Source: Candidatus Thorarchaeota archaeon (lineage in GTDB: Archaea > Asgardarchaeota > Thorarchaeia > Thorarchaeales > Thorarchaeaceae). Taken from it: a stretch of 64,000 nt of DNA. Under the pieces are notes generated by a model. That model had not been told where the DNA came from and did not search any database. It worked only from the letters and a program-made list of their open reading frames with translations. The DNA lies in NCBI GenBank assembly GCA_011364905.1, contig RDNZ01000009.1, forward strand, positions 13,761 to 77,760, written 5' to 3'. Position 1 is the stretch's first letter; each line of letters opens with the position of its first letter. Below are positions 1 through 9,767 of this stretch, piece after piece. Both the position numbers and the translations under genes were made by a program.

Positions 1-159
1 CACACTGATTATTGTATCCTCAGCCTTGGCATCCAAAAGCAGCGTTTCGTCTCCAAAGGGATTCAAATCACCTGTATGCTCCTTCGCAACATCAAGGTTT
101 TCAAGAATGATTGCTTTTGCACTGATGATTGCATCCTGCAGTAGCTTGAGCAGTGTCAT
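1..159 (-). CDS. Inositol monophosphatase / FBPase-IMPase family protein, 5' part (runs off left edge; not in ORF track)
   Basis: Hand translation from ATG at 159: MTLLKLLQDAIISAKAIILENLDVAKEHTGDLNPFGDETLLLDAKAEDTIISV. NPFGDxTxxxDxxAEDxII is the typical N-terminal motif of archaeal IMPase/FBPase. Confidence 0.7.
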   Translation of the reverse strand, partial: MTLLKLLQDAIISAKAIILENLDVAKEHTGDLNPFGDETLLLDAKAEDTIISV

Positions 160-276
160 ATTAGCATCAATATGGTGGTATTTGATATCTCTATATCACT
201 TGTTGGGTAGTGATTACAATACCTTAAATGCGTCAAGACATGAAATAGAACCGTAAGGCCAAACTAGGTGGAATCA

Positions 277-942
277 ATGGGCTTTCTGAGTGGAAAGAAA
301 AAAGTCGATGCAGAACGCGGAATTCTTGAAATGAAAGGCACTATGAATGCCTTGACACTAAGGATTCGCAGCCTTGAAACTAGAATGGTTGAGGAGCAAA
401 AGTCTGCAAAGGAGGCAATGTCCAAAGGGAGTCGTTCTGTGGCACGGTCCCACCTTGGTATTGTTGTAGACCTTGAGAATCGAAAGTCTCGATATCAGCA
501 ACAGTTCCTTACTCTAGAAACCGCGCTCCTTAATCTAGAAGAAGCCAAAACTCAGTCTGAAGTTTTACGTGCCTTCACTATCGCGAACGATGCACTAACT
601 GAAGCACGTTCAATGCTGCGGCCAGAAGAGATTCAGACTCAACTGGACAAGCTGTCTGAATCATTCGAGCATATTTCCATCGCAGGCGAACTGCTATCCG
701 AAGACTTGTCTGGATCCGACTCCACAGTCGAGGATGAAGAACGGATTGACCGTCAGCTTCAGGCTATGGAGGCCGAGGTCCTGCTCGAAAAAGAAGGGGT
801 TTTGCCTCCATTAGAGCGCGAGGGAACACTTCCTGCGAAGACTGGCAAAAGTGAGAGTTCAGATGAAAAACGAATTGATGAGCTACTTGCGGACCTTGAG
901 AAAGAAGCCCAAGAGGAGAGAGCTCGAGAGAAAGAGAGCTAA
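277..942 (+). CDS. Snf7/ESCRT-III family protein (Vps20/32/60, CHMP4-7-like)
   Basis: MGFLSGKKK N-terminus, long helical hairpin (AKEAMSKGSRSVARSHL...LETALLNLEEAKTQSEVLRAF), acidic C-terminal half and a MIM-like terminal helix (IDELLADLEKE). ORF track starts at GTG 268; ATG 277 is more likely. Confidence 0.85.
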   Translation: MGFLSGKKKVDAERGILEMKGTMNALTLRIRSLETRMVEEQKSAKEAMSKGSRSVARSHLGIVVDLENRKSRYQQQFLTLETALLNLEEAKTQSEVLRAFTIANDALTEARSMLRPEEIQTQLDKLSESFEHISIAGELLSEDLSGSDSTVEDEERIDRQLQAMEAEVLLEKEGVLPPLEREGTLPAKTGKSESSDEKRIDELLADLEKEAQEERAREKES

Positions 943-975
943 CACGTGATTCGTTTGATTGGTTTTCAGGTGTAG

Positions 976-1629
976 TTGAGATTGAGCATAGAACTAGTTG
1001 TTTTCGATGTAGATGGAACCCTAACAAAACACAGTAGTGTCTGGTGGCGACTTCATGAGCATTTTGGCACAACAGACGAGGGACGGAAATATTACAACCA
1101 GTATTTCGGCGGAGAAATCACATATGAAGAATGGGCTGATCTTGATGCTGCCTTGTGGAAAGGAGAATCCCTTGAGGAAGTCCTGAAGGTGGTGCAATCC
1201 ACTCAGCTTGCATCCGGAGCTCAAGAAACAATTCGTACTCTAAAAGGATGTAAACTGAAAACTGCTATTCTGTCTGGTGGCTTAGACATAATGGCTAATG
1301 ACATTGGTCAAAGAGTTGGCATCGACTATGTGCTGACTAACAAGCTTCATCACCGAGATGGGCTTTTAACCGGAGAAGTGGATAACCTCGTGGCATGGGG
1401 CGAAAAATACAAAGTGATTCCGAACATCAATGCTCATTTTGGGATTCCTCCAAAAAACACAGCCTTTGTTGGTGATGGTAGGAATGACATGAGTGTCTTC
1501 AAAGTTGTTGGTCTTTCGATTGCTTACAATCCTGAGGATGCCGAAGTTGCCAACTCTGCTGACGTTGTGATCCGGAAAGATGACCTAAGGGCTATCCTGC
1601 CTTATATCATACCGGATTTCCGACAATGA
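976..1629 (+). CDS. HAD-superfamily phosphatase, phosphoserine phosphatase (SerB)-like
   Basis: HAD motifs FDVDGTLT, ILSGG, K and VGDGRND. Confidence 0.85.
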   Translation: MRLSIELVVFDVDGTLTKHSSVWWRLHEHFGTTDEGRKYYNQYFGGEITYEEWADLDAALWKGESLEEVLKVVQSTQLASGAQETIRTLKGCKLKTAILSGGLDIMANDIGQRVGIDYVLTNKLHHRDGLLTGEVDNLVAWGEKYKVIPNINAHFGIPPKNTAFVGDGRNDMSVFKVVGLSIAYNPEDAEVANSADVVIRKDDLRAILPYIIPDFRQ

Positions 1630-1686
1630 GAAGCACAAAAACATAGGCTTGAAGCAAGATAGTCATGGCGGTTTTCTGCGCACTAT

Positions 1687-2841
1687 TCATTTGAGGTTGG
1701 TATACCTTGCTCCGCTTCCAGTATTAAGGAAGACCACATCTTCATTGAAATCAATTCTACCAGCTTCAATCAAATTACGTAACCCACAGATGCCTACCGC
1801 AGCCTCTGGGCATATGTCTAAACCTTCTAGTTTGGCAACCATCCTTCTGGTTGGCTCAATTTCCTGGTCTGCCACAGCGACTGCGCTTCCCCCTGAATTC
1901 CTAATTGCTTGAAGGATTAATCTGCCAGCAAACGGATTGGGTACTCTTAATCCCAATGCCTCAGTTTCTCCATTCACCCACTCCTCGATATCATCATCAC
2001 CTCTTTCAATGGCTCTCACTATTGGTGCGCAACCTCCGCTCTGTGCGGCATACATTCGTGGACGCTCGGAACCAATGAGTCCAATGGTTTCAAGTTCATC
2101 GAAAGCTTTCCAAATCCCGATGATTGCAGTTCCTCCTCCCGTTGGGCAGATTATTGCGTCAGGAACCGACCACCCCATCTGTTCACAGATCTCAAATCCC
2201 AGTGTCTTTTTTCCCTCAACTCGATAGGGTTCCTTCGTGGTTGAAAGATCCGTCCAATTTTCATTTTGATCTCTCATTACTTTGCCCGCATCTGAAATTG
2301 TGCCTTTCACACGAGTTGTGATCGCACCAAACAGCTCACATAGTTGAAAGAATGATTCAGGCGTATCTTCCGGCATGAAGATGTGAGCTTTCAAGGCTGC
2401 AGCAGCTGCATATGCACATGTGGATACCGCCGCATTCCCAGCTGAGGGGAGGGCAAACTCTTCTGCTCCTAACTCCATATGTCGAGAAACAGTCGCACAG
2501 AGACCTCTGTCCTTGAAACTTGAGGTTGGATTTTGAGACTCGTCTTTGATTCGGAGTATTTGAAGACCAATGTGTTTCCCTAACCGTCTAGAGAGTAATA
2601 GTGGTGTCCATCCCTCACCAAGGCTTACTATGCACGAAGGTGACTTCACGGGGAGAAGTTGTGAGTACCTCCACATCGAATTCACATCTGAGGGAAACTC
2701 GTTGTTTGCCAGAGCTTCTCTGACGCCTATCAGGTCATAAACGGCAAACAAGGGCGAACCGCAAACACAATATGTTGCCATTGAGTCAGCTGAGTGCTTT
2801 CTCCTACACTGCGGACATTCGAGATGTGAGATGTGTGACAT
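1687..2841 (-). CDS. thrC: Threonine synthase (PLP-dependent, fold type II)
   Basis: N-terminal Cys motif, SLGEGWTPL, NPTSSFKDRG (PLP lysine), SAGNAA, EGKKTLGFEI, PTGGGT, NTGSG. Confidence 0.9.
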   Translation of the reverse strand: MSHISHLECPQCRRKHSADSMATYCVCGSPLFAVYDLIGVREALANNEFPSDVNSMWRYSQLLPVKSPSCIVSLGEGWTPLLLSRRLGKHIGLQILRIKDESQNPTSSFKDRGLCATVSRHMELGAEEFALPSAGNAAVSTCAYAAAAALKAHIFMPEDTPESFFQLCELFGAITTRVKGTISDAGKVMRDQNENWTDLSTTKEPYRVEGKKTLGFEICEQMGWSVPDAIICPTGGGTAIIGIWKAFDELETIGLIGSERPRMYAAQSGGCAPIVRAIERGDDDIEEWVNGETEALGLRVPNPFAGRLILQAIRNSGGSAVAVADQEIEPTRRMVAKLEGLDICPEAAVGICGLRNLIEAGRIDFNEDVVFLNTGSGARYTNLK

Positions 2842-2929
2842 CAAAATAATCACGACATTTACATGAACACTTAGCCTTATTTGTAACTGTCACTTTGGTT
2901 TTTCGGAAATACCGAAGATTGGGATACTT

Positions 2930-4120
2930 ATGGGCGAGCTAAAACGAAAGACCTTACCGTTCACATCACTAGTAGGTTTGGAACGACTTAAGCTGGCTCT
3001 AATCCTAAACGGCATAAACCCACAGATTGGTGGAGTGCTCATCTCAGGGCCAAAAGGAACTGGCAAGACCACTGTGGTTCGAGCACTGGCTGATTTGCTT
3101 CCTGAGGTGGAGGCCGTTGTGGGATGTAGATTTGGATGCAATCCCAATAATCATGATTTTCTGTGTGCTGATTGTAGATCCACAATTGAATCGGGAAAGA
3201 AACTCAAGTCTGAGTCTAGAAAGATGCGTGTCATCAATCTCCCGCTCTCTACTACAGAAGATCGTTTGATTGGGGCTCTAGACATAGAACGCGTCTTACA
3301 AGAAGGAATTCAAGCACTTCGACCAGGAATACTTGCAGAAGCCAATCAAAATGTTCTCTATGTTGATGAGGTGAATCTATTACCTGACCATTTAGTTGAC
3401 GATCTCTTAGATGCGGCAGCAACAAAGATCAATGTGATTGAACGTGAGGGAATATCGGTTTCTCATCCCTCCGATTTTGTTCTAATTGGAACAATGAATC
3501 CTGAGGAAGGAGAACTAAGACCGCAGCTCCTAGATCGATTTCCTCTTCATGTTGCAGTTAGTGGTCATCACTCGATTGATGATAGAATGCAACTCGTAAG
3601 GCGAAACCTCGCCTTTGAAGAAGACCCTGACAAATTCAGAGCTACCTGGGAGGAAAAACAGGTCGAGCTTCGTAATCAGATAATTCAAGCGAAAGAACTG
3701 CTGAGGGATGTGGTCCTTCCTGACTCTCATCTCAGAGCTATTGCAATGGCTTGCGACGCTCTTGAAGTCGATGGTGTTCGACCTGACATCATCATCAGCA
3801 AGGCTGCAATCACTAATGCCGCTTTGGAAGGAAGAACAGAGGTTTCGCTAGAAGATATGAAAGTCGCCTCGCAACTTGTACTCAGTCATAGAACACGTCG
3901 AGGCGGACTATTGGAACCGCCTCTTCCAGATGATGTGGACAAAGCCATTACAAAAGCAGCTGAGGTTGCTCAGAGAACAGAACGCCGGAAATCCCCCACA
4001 GAGGTTCCGGAGGAAGACGATAAGTCCGGACCAAGATTGAGCGGCGGAGGTTTTGGTAGAGGAAATAGGTTTGCCACATCTGGCAGACAGGACGGCAAAA
4101 AAAAACTCCGAAAGGAGTAA
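2930..4120 (+). CDS. Mg/Co-chelatase ChlI-like AAA+ ATPase (5' half of a frameshifted chlD-like gene)
   Basis: [14 protein letters not shown] (Walker A), [19 protein letters not shown] (Walker B), [15 protein letters not shown]; ends just after an A9 run. Confidence 0.9.
   Translation: MGELKRKTLPFTSLVGLERLKLALILNGINPQIGGVLISGPKGTGKTTVVRALADLLPEVEAVVGCRFGCNPNNHDFLCADCRSTIESGKKLKSESRKMRVINLPLSTTEDRLIGALDIERVLQEGIQALRPGILAEANQNVLYVDEVNLLPDHLVDDLLDAAATKINVIEREGISVSHPSDFVLIGTMNPEEGELRPQLLDRFPLHVAVSGHHSIDDRMQLVRRNLAFEEDPDKFRATWEEKQVELRNQIIQAKELLRDVVLPDSHLRAIAMACDALEVDGVRPDIIISKAAITNAALEGRTEVSLEDMKVASQLVLSHRTRRGGLLEPPLPDDVDKAITKAAEVAQRTERRKSPTEVPEEDDKSGPRLSGGGFGRGNRFATSGRQDGKKKLRKE
4097..4118 (+). 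promoter_or_regulatory. Putative -1 frameshift / transcriptional slippage site (A9) with adjacent GAAA-tetraloop hairpin
   Basis: GGC AAAAAAAAA CTCC GAAA GGAG T. The -1 frame is open from the A run into the vWA ORF at 4165. Confidence 0.7.
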
Positions 4121-4164
4121 GAAATCCTAGGGGTGACCCAATCAAAGGAACCATCTGCGCTATT

Positions 4165-5595
4165 ATGATGGTAGTAGTATTCATCTGGTTTGCTTGGGTT
4201 TTCGTTAGTCCCATAAATTGGCTATTTGGGACCTACTATCTTCAATTTCCAACAGCTCCAGCATTAATAATTGACACAATAGTTATTGCTCCTGCAATTT
4301 GGTTCTTAGTACGAAAGTGGCTTGAAGTTATGACGCGCAGAACCAGTGGTCCAGCGGCTGGTATCGACACAGTTGAACCGGGTGGGGGACCACCAGAGGC
4401 AGGTGATGAATGGGGTCTGGCCACAAGACCATACTCTCCTCAGACTCCTGATATGATTTCAGGTCCAAAATCGGAAATCAGGGATGCTCCATTTGGACTT
4501 GATGATGGCTTTTTTGTAAAGCTACCTGATATTGACGCAGGTGAGGAGCTTTTCGACCGCGAGAAACTGAAGACACGAGCCATGATTCGTGCCAGAGTTT
4601 CATCTGGCGGGTGGGTCAAAAAGAGAGTGAGCTCAAGAGCTGTAGGGTCTCTGAAATCCTCAGACACATTGAAACATGGCCGGCCTGTTCGTTCTAGAAT
4701 TCCTAGTCGCGAAATCAGCAACATACATGTTCCGTCAACGGTGATGGCTGCAATCGCACGAACCGGCAAAACCTCCGGAGGACCGATCAAGATCATAAAG
4801 GAGGATCTCCGCGAGAGCGTGTTCACGGGAAGAACTCCTTTGACGATTATCCTTGTGATAGATGTTAGTCTCTCAATGAAGGGGAGTATGGAACAAGTGA
4901 GAGCTTTTCTTGAACGAGTAGAAAGCGAAACACGGGGATCCAAAGATCGGACGGGTATTATTGCTTTCAAAGACAGTGGAGCTGTAGAGATACAAGCTCC
5001 TACTACGAATTGGAATAAGATATATCGTGCATTAGGCCGACTGAGGATTTCGGGGCTCACACCTCTTGCTGAGGCTTTGAAGAAATCCCTGGAAACCATT
5101 CGCAGAGAGCGGATGCGAAATAGTGAAGTGGAACCTCTTGTCATTCTCATTTCTGACTTCTCCCCGAACATTCCTCTTGCCCAATCAGCAGGTCCAGGAC
5201 ATGAACAGTATACTCCTGTACAGGACCTAGTCCGTGCAGCTCGGTTGGTCAGGAAAGCGAAGGTTAGATTAGCAGCAGTTAATGTTGATCCTGAACAATC
5301 AAAGTGGCCTAGATTTCTGAAACGTCCTTATCATGAAGCCTTAGAACTTGCGGCCATGTTAAGGACGAGAAAGGAAGGACTGAATGACCCAATTGAAACG
5401 ATTCTAATGGTGGATGAGTTTCGAAAGACATTTGGCGCATATCTCATAGCCCGAGCAGCTGGTGGGCATGCCTACCTCTCTCGTGAGCTTCTAAAAGAAA
5501 CATCAATACTTGGCACACTACTTTCTTCAAGTCTTTCTAGAAGTCGTTTGCGTGAAGATGAATTGCGTCAGGTTGAAGCATATCTCCCACAATAG
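4165..5595 (+). CDS. ChlD-like vWA domain protein with two N-terminal TM helices (3' half of frameshifted gene)
   Basis: MIDAS motif DVSLSM, GLTPLA and LISDF; ChlD-like linker (IHVPSTVMAA...EDLRESV); hydrophobic hairpin at the N-terminus. Confidence 0.85.
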   Translation: MMVVVFIWFAWVFVSPINWLFGTYYLQFPTAPALIIDTIVIAPAIWFLVRKWLEVMTRRTSGPAAGIDTVEPGGGPPEAGDEWGLATRPYSPQTPDMISGPKSEIRDAPFGLDDGFFVKLPDIDAGEELFDREKLKTRAMIRARVSSGGWVKKRVSSRAVGSLKSSDTLKHGRPVRSRIPSREISNIHVPSTVMAAIARTGKTSGGPIKIIKEDLRESVFTGRTPLTIILVIDVSLSMKGSMEQVRAFLERVESETRGSKDRTGIIAFKDSGAVEIQAPTTNWNKIYRALGRLRISGLTPLAEALKKSLETIRRERMRNSEVEPLVILISDFSPNIPLAQSAGPGHEQYTPVQDLVRAARLVRKAKVRLAAVNVDPEQSKWPRFLKRPYHEALELAAMLRTRKEGLNDPIETILMVDEFRKTFGAYLIARAAGGHAYLSRELLKETSILGTLLSSSLSRSRLREDELRQVEAYLPQ

Positions 5596-5783
5596 TAACA
5601 TAAGCCAGTGCCTCTCTCGATTATGTTATTAGCATGCATTCTGTTTCAAAAATGCGCACATGGTCAATTCAATGACTGGTGTCATAGTGAGCGAGGAGAG
5701 CCCAGTACTGGGTTGCTATGAATCTGCTTTTCATGCATCAGTCACAGGTTATGTGCGCACCTTTCATTGAGGTGGAGTTTTCA

Positions 5784-6791
5784 ATGTTACCTGGAAAAAT
5801 ACCTCCGGACGTCCTTCAAACTCTGGTGTTTACGAAACTGGGAATTTCTGACCCGGATGTCTTGCTAGGACCTAGACTTGGCGAAGACGCTTCAGTGATT
5901 AATATAGGTGACAAGGCTATACTTGCCGCGACAGATCCTATAACTGGTTCAGTAGCAGATGTTGGTTGGCTCGCCGTCCATGTCAATGCAAATGACATCG
6001 CGGCTTTTGGTGTTCGTCCACGGTGGTTCTTAGCCTCCATTATGCTCCCTGAAAACTCAACTACTCAACAGCTTGAACGGATCATGAAACAGATTGATGA
6101 TGCGGCTCAGAAATTGGCAATAGCCGTCGCCGGAGGTCACTCAGAGATTACAATAGGTATTGACAGACCAATAGTAGTTGGTTTCATGCTGGGTGTTACA
6201 GATCTAGGGAATTATGTCACATCATCTGGGGCAAAACCCGGAAACTCGATAATCGTGACTAAGTCGATAGCGCAAGAGGGTTCTGCAATTCTAGCTACTG
6301 AAGGAAGAAACTTCCTCACACCAAAGATTGGAGCAAATCTAGTTGCTAGAGCAAAAGCATTGAGAGAAAACATTAGTGTAGTATCAGAGGGACTAGCGGC
6401 ATACGAAACTGGCTATGTGACTGCAATGCACGACCCAACTGAGGGTGGTCTCTCTGGAGGTCTGCATGAAATTTGTGATGCAAGTAGGGTTGGTTTTGAG
6501 ATTTATCAAGATGCTATACCGATAGATGAATCGTCTAGAACCATTTGTGAAGTTCTGGACATCAATGCGATGGAGTTGATCAGTAGCGGCAGTATGGTCA
6601 TCTGCTGCAACAACAAACACGCTACTGAAGTTGTGAACACGATTCAGTCACGCGGGATATCTGCCAATATTATTGGCAAAATCGTGAAAGATTCCAACCG
6701 CAGACTGTTGATAACCGACTCAGATGGTATCACACTTCAGCGGCCTAAAACAGACTCATTGTGGGCCGCATTCAAGAAACTCAATCCTTGA
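5784..6791 (+). CDS. AIR synthase-related (PurM/HypE-like) protein
   Basis: GPRLGEDA, TDPITG, VHVNANDIA, GGHSE, MHDPTEGG, LISSGSM. Confidence 0.85.
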   Translation: MLPGKIPPDVLQTLVFTKLGISDPDVLLGPRLGEDASVINIGDKAILAATDPITGSVADVGWLAVHVNANDIAAFGVRPRWFLASIMLPENSTTQQLERIMKQIDDAAQKLAIAVAGGHSEITIGIDRPIVVGFMLGVTDLGNYVTSSGAKPGNSIIVTKSIAQEGSAILATEGRNFLTPKIGANLVARAKALRENISVVSEGLAAYETGYVTAMHDPTEGGLSGGLHEICDASRVGFEIYQDAIPIDESSRTICEVLDINAMELISSGSMVICCNNKHATEVVNTIQSRGISANIIGKIVKDSNRRLLITDSDGITLQRPKTDSLWAAFKKLNP

Positions 6792-7560
6792 TGAAATCCT
6801 CAAGTATCCTGATTTCATCATCCCCAATCCAGTCCAAAGTGACTGGGGAGAGCGAAACGTTGTTGTTAACAAGTACCTCATATGCGTCTGATTTTGGTTG
6901 AGGTGTACGCTCTATTCCAAGATACCAGTAGTAGGGACGACCATTTGGATCGGTTCGTTTCTCAACCTCATTATGCATACGAACTTTTGCTGGTCTTGTA
7001 ACAACAAGCTTTGATTGCTCTGTTATTTTCTCTGGGAAGTTAAGATTCAATATGTCGATTTTTTGAGGTAGACCTCTTTCCAGAATTTTCATAGCAAGGT
7101 CTACTGTGATTTTACATGCCTTTTCGCAATCTCCATTTGATCCAGTGGCTTCAAACCAATCGCTTGGCGAAGCCTCTCGAGAAACAGCAATTGCTGGTAG
7201 CCCCCGTATGGCTGCTTCGAACGCCGCGCCAACAGTGCCACTGGTCAAAATGCTTTGATATCCTACATTTGCTCCCGAGTTGATCCCTGATATCAGGAGA
7301 TCAATATCATCGTAGAACGCCTGCGCGAGAATTACTGAGTCCGCTGGTGCTCCATCATGTGATACAAATTTGTATCCGTTCTTTTCGTGCTTTTCAGTTA
7401 TTCTAATAGGTCTCTTCAACGTTAGTGATTTCCCAGTAGCGCTGCGCTGTGCATCTGGTACCACAACTATCAGTTCAACAGTTTTCGAAAAAGCTTCGGC
7501 GAGCTTCAACAAGCCCTCGCTGCGAGGGCCATCATCATTTGTTAAACAGACCTTGTACAT
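6781..7560 (-). CDS. surE: 5'/3'-nucleotidase SurE
   Basis: LTNDDG, SGINSGANVG, SGTVGAA, LNLNFP, DPNGRPYYW. Confidence 0.95.
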   Translation of the reverse strand: MYKVCLTNDDGPRSEGLLKLAEAFSKTVELIVVVPDAQRSATGKSLTLKRPIRITEKHEKNGYKFVSHDGAPADSVILAQAFYDDIDLLISGINSGANVGYQSILTSGTVGAAFEAAIRGLPAIAVSREASPSDWFEATGSNGDCEKACKITVDLAMKILERGLPQKIDILNLNFPEKITEQSKLVVTRPAKVRMHNEVEKRTDPNGRPYYWYLGIERTPQPKSDAYEVLVNNNVSLSPVTLDWIGDDEIRILEDFIKD

Positions 7561-7630
7561 AGAGCATTTCTCCTAAGAATGCAGAAGCCAGTCACGATAC
7601 TATTGACTGATAAGATTGATGTTTGGCCGC

Positions 7631-7668
7631 AAAGAAAAAAGGTTGTGGAAGCACATGTGTGCTCCCAC
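7631..7668 (-). terminator. Hairpin plus U-tract terminator downstream of the small histone gene
   Basis: Minus strand reads GTGGGAGCAC-ACAT-GTGCTTCCAC then AACCTTTTTTCTTT. Confidence 0.6.
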
Positions 7669-7689
7669 TCCCGGCATCTTGAGAATTGT

Positions 7690-7860
7690 TTACAGGTCGT
7701 AGGACTTTAGCGTCTTACGCTTGTTCTCTGTTGTCCTCTTGGCAGCTTTATCCAGAAGCATCTCGACCTTCTTGTCTAGTGCATCATAGAAATCTCCGCT
7801 AACTTGGAGATTTTTCATCTTTGCATAGTCTTGAACTGCCTTTTTAACAATTAGTGTCAT
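7690..7860 (-). CDS. Minimal histone-fold protein, DUF1931 / face-to-face histone type, 56 aa (not in ORF track)
   Basis: MTLIVKKAVQDYAKMKNLQVSGDFYDALDKKVEMLLDKAAKRTTENKRKTLKSYDL, with the VSxDFYxALD and NxRKTxxxxDL signature. GGAGG SD upstream, terminator downstream. Confidence 0.9.
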   Translation of the reverse strand: MTLIVKKAVQDYAKMKNLQVSGDFYDALDKKVEMLLDKAAKRTTENKRKTLKSYDL

Positions 7861-8111
7861 TTTCTTTGCTCCTCCAAAAGGGTACTTTAAAGGTCATTCT
7901 CGACCCTTATAAGGCTTCTCTTAGAAATGCTTTTTAAAGCGCCATTTGGCCTATTTCGAGCCATTTGCGCATTTGATGAACGAAATGAGAGATTTCTAAG
8001 GATTTTCTAGGAAAGACAGCAGAATCCATATCCTGGCCAAGAAATCCAACAAACACCTAAAAGACTAGTTCGCGTTTTTGATTTAAAGCAAGAAACAGAA
8101 GTGAATGTGAT

Positions 8112-8906
8112 ATGAGATATGCATATGGTGTTTTCATAGGTGCGCTTCTTCCTTTTGTGATATTTCTAGGTGCTGCAGTGATTAGGATATTGGCTTTGTC
8201 TTGGAATGTATACTTCGCATGGTTTCTTGCATCCATACTGGTAGGAGTTGTACCTCCTGCTTTGGTTCTTATTGCTCAACGGGAGAGTATTCGGGAGTTC
8301 CTGATCTATGAAGCCGGCGGCTTTGGCTTGTTCTCACCGCTATGGATTGTCATCTTTGCGGATTTCACTGGCACGACTTGGTCAGTTTTATTCACTGAAG
8401 GAATTATTGAAGGTTTGCCAGCTCCTGGAATTGGTTCTTCTATCATGAGAGTTGATATCAGCGGCAGTAGTCTCCTCTTCATCTTGGCGGTCTGCTTGGT
8501 TGTTGGAATCGTCTTCTTACGACCCAGCTTTATTGCGAAATATGGTGTTAAAGGAGAAATTTCTGAGTTACGCGAATTGAAAAAATCTGCTGAGCCAAGC
8601 AAAGAACCACCCGAACCCTCAGAAACTCATGAACTGCTTGATGAAGACCCAATCGAGAAAGAGATGCCTAATGTTGTCCCCCCCGAGGCAAATGTCGACA
8701 CAATGGCTGACCTGAGAGGCTTGCTCACAGAACTCGGCACGCCCGAGCCAACAATCAACCTAATTTTCAATGCTGGAATTGCCACGACCCCCGATCTTGT
8801 CGCAACAAGTCCAGAGCAACTGGCATCGCTCACAGGTATTGATAAGAGGACAGCTCAAGACCTTCATATGGCTGTTCAGAAGAAAGTCTGGTTTGGTGAC
8901 ATTTAG
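8112..8906 (+). CDS. Membrane protein (about 4 TM) with acidic linker and C-terminal helix-hairpin-helix-like domain
   Basis: Hydrophobic N-terminal 135 aa. C-terminus LIFNAGIATTPDLVATSPEQLASLTGIDKRTAQDL resembles RadA N-terminal/NusA-type HhH. Confidence 0.7.
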   Translation: MRYAYGVFIGALLPFVIFLGAAVIRILALSWNVYFAWFLASILVGVVPPALVLIAQRESIREFLIYEAGGFGLFSPLWIVIFADFTGTTWSVLFTEGIIEGLPAPGIGSSIMRVDISGSSLLFILAVCLVVGIVFLRPSFIAKYGVKGEISELRELKKSAEPSKEPPEPSETHELLDEDPIEKEMPNVVPPEANVDTMADLRGLLTELGTPEPTINLIFNAGIATTPDLVATSPEQLASLTGIDKRTAQDLHMAVQKKVWFGDI

Positions 8907-8915
8907 ATCAAAAGT

Positions 8916-9656
8916 CTACTTGAGAGAAATAATAGCATCAAGTCCCACGGTCACTAGATTATCAATTGGTGGCTTTCCGACAATCTTTGCCTCATTCTCT
9001 ACATTCTCTCCAATGGCTACACAAATGGTCCCAACCTTGACGCCACGTAGGTGTCCAATAACGAATAAAGCTGCAGCCTCCATCTCAGTTGCCAAAACCC
9101 CTGAGTTCCTCATCATTTCCCACTTTCTTCTCATACCCTCTCGGTCTGCGACATAATCTGAATGTTCACTGTAGAATGCATCCTTACTATGCCCGATTCC
9201 AACATGGAACGCAGCCCCGCTATCCTTCGCGGCTTGTATCAATGCGAGAACGAATTCAGGACTTGCTACTGCAGGGAATTCAATTGGAACATACTGTCGC
9301 GAAGTTCCATCATCTCTGACGGAACCAGTGAAGATGACAAGGTCTCCAGCTTTGACAGACCGACTGATTGCTCCTGATGTACCAACTCGTAGAAAAGTCG
9401 TGCATCCAACTTTTATCAGCTCCTCTAGTGCGATTGCCGCGGATGGACATCCAATTCCAGTTGAACAAACAGCAACTGGAACGCCTTTCCATTTCCCTCG
9501 AAAGCTCCAGTATTCTCGTTTCTTCGCGACTTCTTCCGGGTCTTCAAAGAACCTCATCGCGATATCATGAGCGCGGTCAGGATCACCGGGTAGTAGAACA
9601 AGTTTCGGAATTTCTCCAGGAGCTATGCCAATATGGTACTCTTTTTCATCTGTCAT
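8916..9656 (-). CDS. udp: Uridine/nucleoside phosphorylase
   Basis: YHIG, LLPGDPDRA, STGIGCPSAAI, RVGTSGA, EMEAAALF. Confidence 0.9.
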   Translation of the reverse strand: MTDEKEYHIGIAPGEIPKLVLLPGDPDRAHDIAMRFFEDPEEVAKKREYWSFRGKWKGVPVAVCSTGIGCPSAAIALEELIKVGCTTFLRVGTSGAISRSVKAGDLVIFTGSVRDDGTSRQYVPIEFPAVASPEFVLALIQAAKDSGAAFHVGIGHSKDAFYSEHSDYVADREGMRRKWEMMRNSGVLATEMEAAALFVIGHLRGVKVGTICVAIGENVENEAKIVGKPPIDNLVTVGLDAIISLK

Positions 9657-9767
9657 GCTACGACCTTCTGGCGAAATCGCTCATCGAAACAAAAGGCTTT
9701 CGAAATGATGCGCTACAAAATAGAGATAGGCTTAAGAACTAAACATAAGCCGACTTGTGTGGTTACA

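Noticed and set aside
26-256. 76-aa + strand ORF at the left edge
   Set aside because: Antisense to the IMPase-family gene start and has no motif.
5596-5717. Possible multi-stem RNA, including the CCCAGTACTGGG palindrome, between the vWA and AIR-synthase-like genes
   Set aside because: Stems are short and mutually exclusive, with no tRNA or riboswitch consensus; cannot be distinguished from chance by eye.
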